Source of the DNA: Eledone cirrhosa
Taxonomy: Eukaryota
DNA length: 64,000 nt
NCBI GenBank assembly: GCA_964016885.1
Contig: OZ024745.1
Span: 7,688,001 to 7,752,000, forward strand
Direction: 5' to 3'
Shown: positions 31,401 through 41,920 of the stretch, one piece after another
Layout: every line of letters starts with the position of its first letter
Position numbering within the stretch: position 1 is the first letter of the stretch
Program-made: the position numbers and the translations under genes
The notes under the pieces: model-generated
The model's input: only the letters and a program-made list of their open reading frames with translations
Told to the model about the DNA's origin: nothing
The model's database searches: none

Positions 31401-34336
31401 TGTAACACTGCTGTCTCATCTTCCAATCAGACAATAGTTCCAATATTCTATCAGACATCCTTGTAACACTGTTGTCTCATCTTCCAATCAGACAATAGTT
31501 CCTTTATTTCATCAGACATCCTTATAACACTGTTGTCTCATCTTCTAATGAGACAATATATCCTATATTCCATCAGACATCCTTGTAACACTGTTGTCTC
31601 ATCTACCAATCAGACAATATATCCTATATTCCTTCAGACATCCTTGTAACACTTTTGTCTCATCTTCCAATCAGACAATAGTTCCTATATTCCATCAGAC
31701 ATCCTTGTAACACTGCTGTCTCATCTTCCAATCAGGCAATATATCCGATATTCCATCAGACATTGTTGTAACACTGTTGTCTCATCTTCCAATCAGACAA
31801 TATATCCTATATTCCATCAGACATCCTTGTAACACTGTTCTCTAATATTCCAATCAGACAATATATCCTATATTCCATCAGACATCCTTGTAACACTGTT
31901 GTCTCATGTTCCAATCAGACAATATATCCTATATTCCATCAGACATCCTTGTAACACTGTTGTCTCATCTTCCAATCAGACAATATATCCTATATTCCAT
32001 CAGAGATACTTGTAACCCTGTTGTCTCATCTTCCAATCAGACAATAGTTCCTATATTCCAGCAGACATCGTTGTAACACTTGTTTCATCTTCCAATCAGA
32101 CAATAGTTCCTATATTCCATCAGACATCCTTGTAACACTGTTGTCTAATCTTCCAATCAGACAATAGTTCCTATATTCCATCAGACATCGTTGTAACACT
32201 TGTTTCATCTTCCAATCAGACAATAGTTCCTATATTCTATCGGACATCGTTGTAACACTGTTGTCTCATCTACCAATCAGACAATATATCCTATATTCCA
32301 TCAGACATCCTTGTAACCCTGTTTTCTCATCTTCCAATCAGACAATAGTTCCTATATTCCATCAGACATCCTTGTAACACTGCAATCTCATCTTCCAAGC
32401 AGACAATAGTTCCTATATTCCATCAGACATCCTTGTAACACTGTTGTCTCATCTTCCAATCAGACAATAGATCCTATATTCCACCAGACATCCTTGTAAC
32501 CCTGTTGTCTCATATACCGATCAGACAATAGTTCCTACATACCATCAGACATCGTTTTAACCCTGTTGTCTCATCTTCCAATCAGACAATAGTTCCTATA
32601 TTCCATTAGACATCCTTGTAACACTGTTGTCTCATCTTCCAATCAGACAATAGTTCCTATATTCCATCAGACATCCTTGTAACACTGTTGTCTAATATTC
32701 CAATAAGACAATATATCCTATATTCCATCAGACATCCTTGTAACCCTGTTTTCTCATCTTCCAATCAGACAATAGTTCCTATATTCCATCAGACATCCTT
32801 GTAACACTGTTATCTCATCTTCCAATCAGACAATAGTTCCTATATTCCACCAGACATCCTCGTAACACTGTTGTCTCATCTTCCAATCAGACAATAGTTT
32901 CTATATTACATCAGACATCGTTGTAACACTGTTGTCTCATCTTCCAATCAGACAATATATCCTATATTCCATCAGACATTGTTGTAACACTGTTATCTCA
33001 TCTTCCAATCAGACAATAGTTCCTATATTCCATCAGACATCCTTGTAACACTGTTGTCTCATCTTCCAATCAGACAATATATCCTATATTCCATCAGACA
33101 TCGTTGTAACACTGTTGTCTCATCTTGCAATCAGACAATAGTTTCTATATTCCATCAGACATCGTTGTAACACTTGTTTCATCTTCCAATCAGACAATAT
33201 TTCCTATATTCCATCAGACATCCTTGTAACACTGTTGTCTCATCTTCCAATCAGACAATATATCCTATATTCCATCAGACATCGTTGTAACACTGTTGTC
33301 TCATCTTCTAATGAGACAATATATCCTATATTCCATCAGACATCCTTGTAACACTGTTGTCTCATCTACCAATCAGACAATAGTTCCTATATTCCATCAG
33401 ACATCGTTGTAACACTGTTGTCTCATCTTCTAATGAGATAATATATCCTATATTCCATCAGACATCCTTGTAACACTGTTGTCTCATCTACCAATCAGAC
33501 AATAGTTCCTATATTCCATCAGATATCGTTGTAACACTGTTGTCTCATCTTCCAATCAGACAATAGTTCCTATATTCCATCAGACATCCTTGTAACACTG
33601 TTATCTCATCTTCCAATCAGACAATAGTTTCAATATTCCATCAGACATCGTTGTAACACTGTTGTCTCATCTTCCAATCAGACAATATATCCTATATTCC
33701 ATCAGACATCGTTGTAACACTGTTGTCTCATCTTCCAATCAGACAATAGTTCCTATATTCCATCAGACATAGTTGTAACACTGTTGTCTCATCTTCCAAT
33801 CAGACAATAGTTCCTATATTCCATCAGACATCCTTGTAACACTGTTGTCTCATATTCCAATCAGACAATATATCCTATATTCCATTAGACATCCTTGTAA
33901 CACTGTTGTCTCATCTTCCAATCAGACAATAGTTTCTATATTCCATCAGACATCGTTGTAACACTGTTGTCTCATCTTCCAATCAGACAATATATCCTAT
34001 ATTCCATCAGACATCCTTGTAACACTCTTGTCTCATCTACCAATCAGACAATAGTTCCTATATTCCATCAGACATCGTTGTAATACTGTTGTCTCATCTT
34101 CCAATCAGACAATAGTTCCTATATTCCATCAGACATCGTTGTAATACTGTTGTCTCATCTTCCAATCAGACAATAGTTCCTATATTCCATCAGACATCGT
34201 TGTAATACTGTTGTCTCATCTTCCAATCAGACAATAGTTCCTATATTCCATCAGACATCGTTGTAATACTGTTGTCTCATCTTCCAATCAGACAATAGTT
34301 CCTATATTCCATCAGACATAGTTGTAATACTGCTGT
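28453..34336. repeat. 60/61-bp tandem satellite (CAATATATCCTATATTCCATCAGACATCCTTGTAACACTGTTGTCTCATCTTCCAATCAGA), about 96 copies
   Basis: Seen directly. The first 6-7 units are 60 bp and most of the rest are 61 bp. Contains an internal duplication with a 1279-bp offset. Confidence 0.98.
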
Positions 34337-34450
34337 TTGAAGAAATTGTCAACAAAATTCATATAAAACCTCTCACGTTTCGTCTCTTCATACATGAATT
34401 TAAAATATTTTTGTCTAAAAAACAATTGACTCTCCCTAGTTATATTTTTT

Positions 34451-34815
34451 ATATTATCACCACTGTTGCTAGTGGAGGTAATATCATAATTATCACCACT
34501 GTTGCTAGTGGAGGTAATATCATAATTATCACCACTGTTGCTAGTGGAGGTAATATCATAATTATCACCACTGTTGCTAGTGGAGGTAATATCATAATTA
34601 TCACCACTGTTGCTAGTGGAGGTAATATCATAATTATCACCACTGTTGCTAGTGGAGGTAATATCATAATTATCACCACTGTTGCTAGTGGAGGTAATAT
34701 CATAATTATCACCACTGTTGCTAGTGGAGGTAATATCATAATTATCACCACTGTTGCTAGTGGAGGTAATATCATAATTATCACCACTGTTGCTAGTGGA
34801 GATAATATCATAATT
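34451..34815. repeat. 36-bp minisatellite TATCACCACTGTTGCTAGTGGAGGTAATATCATAAT, 10 copies
   Basis: Seen directly; near-identical head-to-tail copies with no spacers; internal inverted repeat CCACT-N6-AGTGG. Confidence 0.98.
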
Positions 34816-34902
34816 TAATATCGACAAGGACATTGGGTGTGTGTGCCTTAGTAAGATACCTTGTTTAACTTAAGAAGTGGGAGTCAAGACTAGAGTCTAA
34901 GC

Positions 34903-35229
34903 CAGTGGTTCCCAACCTTTTGTGCACCATGCCCCCACCTCAACATCTCAAACATTGTTATGCCCACCACCCTTGATATGAAAACAGCGATGATCAACTG
35001 CAAAGTGTCAACAAGTTGATGTATAGGCAGTGCTGGATGTACAAAATAATGCGTGGAAGTGAGGCAGGAGTTTCTGACAGTAATGAGTACCAAAGTAACC
35101 TTGGCGTAAAAGTAATAAGATAAAGCCTGAAGATTGTTCTCATTAACATCATTGTCAAATTGCCCTCCTTGAATATTCAAATTGCCTGCCCCACACCTAG
35201 GACGTGTGTCTGACGTTGGGAAATATGTG
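34903..35229. mobile_element. Putative non-autonomous hAT (Charlie-like) DNA transposon / MITE, old
   Basis: Left end CAGTGGTTCCCAACCTT resembles the hAT-Charlie TIR. Preceded by GTCTAAGC, close to the NTCTAGAN target preference. Partial inverted match GTTGGGAA at 35215-35222. Right TSD not recognisable. Confidence 0.55.
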
Positions 35230-35404
35230 TTGACTGTGCAATGCACCTATAATTTCATAGTTAGTCACACAGTGCTGCCTGTACCAGTACAGTTTCTATA
35301 ACTGAGGCAAATGACTGACCAAGTGATACCATAGTGTTGTTGCTATGGATACAGTCCAATCGCACATCACTAATACGGAATTGTTAACGTTACTCTACAT
35401 TTTA

Positions 35405-35547
35405 GAGAGCTGGAAGTGTTGTAAATAGCAGCTATGTCCCTCAAATATCACACATTGTATAATGTAGTTCCATCTTCAAATACCTGATCATAGATCTTCT
35501 CTTTCAACACTGACCTGGGATTAAACAACAGCAACAACAATAACAAC
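35405..35547 (+). mobile_element. Family B repeat copy with (AAC)n tail
   Basis: AAATAGCAGCTA...CCCTCAAAT...ACATTGTATAATGTAG...CTGACCTGGGATTAAACAACAGCAACAAC; homologous to the 27020 and 37539 copies. Confidence 0.6.
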
Positions 35548-35973
35548 ATCCAAGATTATATAACGTTATTTGTAATACTACCTTGGTAAAATATTCGTGT
35601 ATTGTGTAAATTATTAATATTTTACTGAAGGTGATGAGTTTGGATGAAATTATAGACTACATACAATGGAATGTTTACTAAGGGGACTTTAGGTCTTGTA
35701 TTGAAAATATTCAATGGTCGATTGCTGATCATAGATCTTAATGTTTAATTCCCATTTTGTTATATATACACACACACACACACACACATATATATATTTA
35801 TACGTCGCACACACATTTATATATATATAGTTTATATATAAACATGAGCTCTAACATAGAGTGATGCACAGTAGGGGTGTATTTGAAGGCATATATGATA
35901 CGTTTGTATATAATAAACATACATATGTCTGGTGAAGAATGTTTTAAGGTGAAATCATGTCACAGCTGTCTCA

Positions 35974-36170
35974 GTGGCGGTGACGGAACATGAGACACGG
36001 CTTTTAGTTACATCCCTATATGCTTGGAGTTTAAATTCCGCTGAGATTAACTTTGCCTTTCATCGTTACGGGGTAGATAAAATAAAGTACCAGTAAAGAA
36101 CTGGGGTTGATTTAATCAACTTTCTCCTCCCCCAAATATACCAAATGTACAAACAATTATTATTATTATT
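35974..36170 (+). mobile_element. tRNA-derived SINE family A, older long-form copy
   Basis: Degenerate B-box GAGTTTAAATTCC, core CTTTGCCTTTCATCGTTACGGGGTAGATAAAATAAAGTACCAGT, (ATT)n tail. Confidence 0.8.
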
Positions 36171-36364
36171 AGTGGATTGGCAGTATCGGTAGAGGGTCGG
36201 ACGCCATGCTTTCCAGCATAGTTACGTCCCTTTATGATCTGAGTTCAAATCCCGCCGAGGTTGACTTTGCCTTTCATCCTTACGGGGTCGATAAAATAAA
36301 GTACCAGTAATGCACTGGGGTAATTGCTGGCCTTGTGCCTAAAGTAGAAACAATTATTATTATT
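36171..36364 (+). mobile_element. tRNA-derived SINE family A, full-length short-form copy
   Basis: A-box-like TGGCAGTATCGG, B-box GAGTTCAAATCCC, core CTTTGCCTTTCATCCTTACGGGGTCGATAAAATAAAGTACCAGT, tail GTAGAAACAATTATTATTATT; several homologues within the window. Confidence 0.9.
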
Positions 36365-36617
36365 GTGGGTGTAACTGTTATGAAGTTGATCCTGATATTG
36401 TAATAAGAAGATTGAACTGAAATAAAATTACGAAGAATCTAATTAAGTGGAGGGGGAGGGGGTCTTCACGTTGAGTTTGTCGAAGTTTTGGTAGAATTCT
36501 GTCGACAGAACTTCAGTAAATTAATTTCCAATTTGGGATTCATCGGATACTAAGAAGAGAAAGGGAGTAGTGACCCAGGAGAACCACGCCTCTACTTAAA
36601 AACCAATTTAAACATAT

Positions 36618-36654
36618 CTTCTTCTTCTTCTTCTTCTTCTTCTTCTTCTTCTTC
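36618..36654. repeat. (CTT)n microsatellite
   Basis: Seen directly. Confidence 0.95.
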
Positions 36655-36739
36655 ATTAATGTTATGGTATATAATCAACTTCAACCCTTGTTTCACCCCC
36701 AACACAACTTCACTTCACTTACCAATCTTAACTTCACTG

Positions 36740-36870
36740 GCATCATCAACATCACCACCACCACCACCACACCATCACCATCATCACCACCACCACCACA
36801 CCACCATCAACATCAACATCACCACCACCACACCACCACCACCATCACCATCATCACCACCACCACCACA
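36740..36870. repeat. (ACC/ATC)n low-complexity triplet repeat
   Basis: Seen directly. Confidence 0.9.
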
Positions 36871-37538
36871 TTGTTGTCGTTAAGATAATAGTATTTAAGT
36901 TTCTTATTTCCTTAATTGAATGAATTTTTTCTGTATATATATATGTGTGTATGCATGTATATATATGTATGTGTGTATGTCTATGTATGTATATATGTAT
37001 ATGCAAGTGTGATGTATGTGTGTCTATGTATGTGTGTATGTGTGTATGTCAGTTCCACTCTGTCCGTCCATTATATATGTTTACCCGTGTTTTACGTGAT
37101 GTATATTAATATATACAGATATACAGCTACGGCATTTCCCTCATAATTATAATAGTTTATATGTGTATGTGCTGGTGTAGACACACACACACACACAAAC
37201 AGACACACACATATATGTATATATATGTGTGTGTGTATGTGTATGTCTCTATGTGTGTACATATGTACGTGTGCGTACGTAGTTGGGCGTGGTGGTGTTA
37301 ACCTTCCTCCTTCATTTACCATAATGACAATGTCTGCCAATTATTGGAATTACTTTTCGTTCGTTAAATGTGATCACTAACAACTGCCATAATCCATCTA
37401 CTTCCCCACCCCATTAGACTGTCCCCCTATCCTTCTATAAACAATACACTATTAACCAAACTTTAACTGCACCCTCACCCATCTTCCTTCAAATACGCCA
37501 AACTTGATTTTCCAATCATTGTTCTTTTCATTTTTAAA

Positions 37539-37752
37539 GTTGTTTGTTGTTGTTGTTGTCGTTGTTGATTAGTCTTAAATAAGCCTTGATTGATCAATCA
37601 CATTCCAACAATGACCAACTCGTGTTTTTCTTATGCGAAAAGAAACAAGGACCACATTATCCAGCGTGTCCCTTTTCTACATGGGCGCAATGTAATTTGA
37701 GGTAAATTTGACTGCTATTTCTTGTAGGTCAATCGACGACGTAGCAACTCCG
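37539..37752 (-). mobile_element. Family B repeat copy, minus strand
   Basis: Reverse complement reads GAAATAGCAGTCAAATTTACCTCAAAT...GGACACGCTGGATAATGTGG... and ends in an (AAC)n tail, seen as GTTGTTGTT on the + strand. Confidence 0.65.
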
Positions 37753-38009
37753 TTGGCTCAGAAGTTTTGATGTTGATTACTGAAGGTTGATGTTGTAATG
37801 ACGATTTGAGCCAGAATATAGACCCAACTATTGGTGGAAGACCATTTCGGCTATTTCGGTGGTGTAATAGTTCTGGTAGTGGTGAATGTGATTATGGTAC
37901 TCGTGATAGTGGACTTATAGTATTACTGGTACTCCTTTTAAACCTTTATCTTTATCTTTATCTTTACTTTTTTTAAAATTAAAATTGCGTTTTTATTATT
38001 CTTTATGGA

Positions 38010-38128
38010 ATGGGGGATGGATTAGCAACATTGTTAGAGCATCGGACGAAATGTTTTCCGGTATATGTTCTGGCTGATATTCCGCAGAAGTCATCTTCAC
38101 TATTAATTCTTCGGGGGTCGATGAAATC
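38010..38128 (+). mobile_element. Highly degenerate 5' part of SINE family A
   Basis: GGATTAGCA...TAGAGCATCGGACG...ATTCCGCAGAAGT...GGGGTCGATGAAAT aligns to the 36171 copy. Confidence 0.55.
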
Positions 38129-38155
38129 ATTGATCATCGTCATCGACAAGACAAG

Positions 38156-38273
38156 TATAATAATTGTTTCTACTTTTGGCACAATGCCAACAATTATCCC
38201 AGTGTATTACTGGTACTTTATTTTATTGACTCTGTAAGGATGAAAGGCAAAGTTAACCTCGGCGGGATTTAAA
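38156..38273 (-). mobile_element. 5'-truncated SINE family A, minus strand
   Basis: Reverse complement reads AAATCCCGCCGAGGTTAACTTTGCCTTTCATCCTTAC...GTACCAGTAAT...GTGCCAAAAGTAGAAACAATTATTAT. Confidence 0.9.
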
Positions 38274-38615
38274 TAATAATGCACTCAAGAAGGTCCCTAC
38301 TATTTTACGATAGAAAGAAGGAAAACAAATAGATTTAGGAATTTAAGCATGGGATGTTACAATGGAGTAGGGACCTGTGAACTAATTGGACTATATATAC
38401 TAGAAAGCTTAAGCAACATATTCAATGATTTATGAATAGAGAATGGCCGAACAATTTTTTCAAAAATAAACGGCGACAAATTAGACAAAATGGGAAAATA
38501 AGAACCTTGAAGAATTCAATGAAAAAAAAAATTAAATTAAATTTAATAAATAAATAAATTTTGTATATATAACACCAAAGCTAGCTACAAGAGAACATTA
38601 TCATTACAGAAAAGT

Positions 38616-38798
38616 AATGGATTGGCAGTATCGGTAGATGGTCGGGCGCAATGCTTTGACACATAGAGTCACAGCCCTTGCCATTCTGAGTTCAAATCCC
38701 GCCGAGGTTAACTTTGCCTTTCATCCTTACGGGATCGATAAAATAAAGTACCAGTAATGCACTGAGTAATTGCTGGCCTTGTGCCAAAAGTAGAAACA
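38616..38798 (+). mobile_element. Full-length SINE family A with 19-bp target-site duplication
   Basis: A-box and B-box present. Flanked by direct repeat ATTATCATTACAGAAAAGT at 38597-38615 and 38799-38817. Confidence 0.93.
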
Positions 38799-39210
38799 AT
38801 TATCATTACAGAAAAGTGGAATAAATGCTGCTATATATAAATATACATTAAAACATTCCACCACTGAGAATAAAGAACTTGATCAGCAACACAAGTCGAT
38901 GATTCTCAAAAATATCATCCGATAAAACAATATTCCATGAAGTTAGAACTATTCTACAATGATGTCCTAAAAGTACAATAATTAGAAAACATAATGTCAC
39001 ACAAATGAACCTCTCTTTAGCTTAAACAGCAACAAATGTGGTTAAAAGATCTAAAAGATCTCACTAAACCCTTCCAAACTGGCAGATACTAGAAATCTAG
39101 TGGACCGACCAATGAATAAACGATAAGTGCAACAAAACAAGGCACGACTTAGTAAAATAGGATACTATCGTGTAGCAAGCAGAGAGAACTACTAAAATAA
39201 CTAATAGAAA

Positions 39211-39213
<3 letters not shown>

Positions 39214-39260
<47 letters not shown>
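39214..39260. repeat. (CA)n microsatellite
   Basis: Seen directly. Confidence 0.95.
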
Positions 39261-39262
<2 letters not shown>

Positions 39263-39735
39263 TATAGTATTTATGTTAACATTTTGATCTATTTCTGCAC
39301 AACCTGTGTTTTTATAGACGGAATCACGTCCAATAGTCAGAGATAAGGCACTGGAAAGAGACACATTTATGTCTAGGAAATCTCGAGTAAAGAAAATGAT
39401 GAAAGAAAGTGTAAAAGATAAATCAAGTTCCATATATGTTGATTAACACGCAGGAATTAAACATGATTTTCATAGAATGCTTAAGTTTCATGATGTTAGT
39501 AAGTGGACCACAATATTAGAGATGACCCATTTGTATATTACTCACTATCAATCATGTTTGTTTGACATATATATATAAATAATTCTATGCCCGGTGGTTA
39601 AACTTATACCAAAGTATAAGGTTAGCCGTTGAACAAAGATCGCTGAATTCTACACTTTACTTTGATTAAGTAAGTTAAAACATCATCTTAACTAAAAACA
39701 ACTCATTTTATCTCATCACTTCCCTCTCTCTTTCT

Positions 39736-39767
<32 letters not shown>

Positions 39768-40257
39768 GTGTGTATATATGTATATATATGTATATGCGAG
39801 CGTGCGTGTGTGTGTGTATAATCTATCTACATACATGTCTCACTATTTATCTTTGTATCTCAACCTGTATATGTGTGTGTGCACGCACACGCACACGTGC
39901 ACACATGCTCTCTCTCTCTCACTCTCTCTCTCTCTCCCTCCTTCTCCCCCTCCCCCTCCCTCCCCCACTCACACACCAGGCTGTAGATCACTTACAGACA
40001 ATATATAAGCTATATTGTGTTCACTAGGTCTGCCCTTCTCTATATCTTCCTTCTAGGCTAACTTTTCAAACTTTCTAGCTGCTCCGCCCTCTCCATTCAT
40101 TTCAACCTCTCCCCCACAGTTTTCAAATCAAACAACCCCCACCCTGGTTTCCCACCCCCATGTTTAGACCACTCCCAAATCGTTAGGGACGCAATGGAAA
40201 CTAGAAATTGGTTGACTGTTGTAATTAAAGATTGTTTTAGTTGTAATTTAGGTACAG

Positions 40258-40419
40258 ATATACATATATACATATATACATATATACATACATATATATA
40301 TATACATACATATACATACACACATATATATACATACATATATATATATATACATACATATACATACACACATATATATACATACATATATATATATATA
40401 CATACATATACATACACAC

Positions 40420-40452
<33 letters not shown>

Positions 40453-40634
40453 CATGCATATACATACACATATACATACACAAGCCAGAATCAGTTCCCG
40501 TCCCACCCTTGCAAGCAGGGAAAAGTGGACGTAAAATGAAATGATGAAATGATGATGATGATATACATATACATACATATATATATACATACATATATAT
40601 ATATATATACATACATATACATACATATATATAT

Positions 40635-40681
<47 letters not shown>

Positions 40682-40760
40682 CATACACATATATACATAC
40701 ATACGTATATGCATACAGAGAGTAATGGATAGTAATGAGTATATATATATATATAGACAC
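40258..40760. repeat. Compound TA/CA microsatellite region enclosing a short non-repeat insert
   Basis: Seen directly; alternating ATAC/AT/AC units. Confidence 0.9.
40482..40562 (+). mobile_element. Possible 3' terminal fragment of a non-LTR retroposon with (TGA)n tail
   Basis: CCCTTGCAAGCAGGGAAAAGTGGACGTAAAATGAAATGATGAAATGATGATGATG: short hairpin plus microsatellite tail. Single copy here, so this is inference. Confidence 0.4.
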
Positions 40761-40852
40761 ATATATATGTTTGTGTGTATACAGATATATAATTACTGCA
40801 ATCATATTGGTATATTTATATTGTTATACTGAAATATATATGTATAAAAACA

Positions 40853-40932
40853 AACACGCACGCACACACACGCACACACACACACACGCACGCACGCACA
40901 CACACACACACGCACACACGCACGCACGTACG

Positions 40933-41027
<95 letters not shown>
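40853..41027. repeat. (CA/CG)n microsatellite
   Basis: Seen directly. Confidence 0.95.
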
Positions 41028-41029
<2 letters not shown>

Positions 41030-41193
41030 AAGTGCTTTATTTAACGAACTCTTTTCTGAATTGTTCCAAATTCAGATGACAATTAAGTGAAACCCATCGC
41101 TGCCATTACAGTTTCTTGTTAAAATGTCTCTTCTCGTTGCAGCGACACCTTTCATTAGTCATAACCACAGTTACCTCCCCTACACACACTAAT

Positions 41194-41375
41194 AGAGAGA
41201 GAGAGAGAGAGAGAGGGGGGTGAGAGAGAGAGAGAGTAAGAAGGTGAGAGAGAGTGTAAAAAGTAGGAATCAAGAGAGAGAGAGAGAGAGAGAGGGGGGG
41301 TGAGAGAGAGAGAGAGAGAGTAAGAAGGTGAGAGAGAGTGTAAAAAGTAGGAATCAAGAGAGAGAGAGAGAGAGA
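41194..41375. repeat. Two tandem copies of an about 84-bp GA-rich unit
   Basis: GTAAGAAGGTGAGAGAGAGTGTAAAAAGTAGGAATCAAG occurs twice between (GA)n tracts. Confidence 0.9.
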
Positions 41376-41625
41376 CGTCATTAGCAGTGATTATGGTGTT
41401 TATTAGTGAGAAACAAGCATCAATGTTTACCACCTGAAATTAACACAACTTCCACATTTTACCACCCCTTTTCAATATACACACACTCTCTCAAACATAC
41501 ACATACATATACACACATACACACACCTATATGTATATATACATGTATATATGTGTATGTATATATATATATATATATAAATGAAAAGTATAGAAATTAT
41601 TGTAGCAAGAAGCCAACAGTATTCC

Positions 41626-41920
<295 letters not shown>

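Larger units (their letters stand above)
38273..39650 (+). mobile_element. Degenerate Penelope-like retroelement (RT remnant with stops and frameshifts; possible GIY-YIG and pLTR remains)
   Basis: Hand translation in order: IIMHSRRSLLFYD (from 38273), MGCYNGVGTCELIGLYILESLSNIF (from 38349), FVYITPKLATREHYHYRKVE*MLLYINIH*NIPPLRIKNLISNTSR*FSKISSDKTIFHEV (after removing the SINE), FYNDVLK, EPLFSLN/ATNVVK. These match PLE RT motifs as I recall them: IIMHARKSLLF, MGSYDGAEVCELVGLYIL, NFLDVTL...YRKP...YIxxxSNHPP, NPPFS. The YRDD site is eroded and the 3' boundary is uncertain. Confidence 0.8.

Noticed and set aside
34451-34815. CRISPR array
   Set aside because: The 36-bp palindromic repeats are contiguous with no unique spacers, there are no cas genes, and the context is eukaryotic.
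36171-36260. Functional tRNA gene
   Set aside because: A/B boxes are present but there is no cloverleaf; the sequence continues into a SINE body found in several copies.
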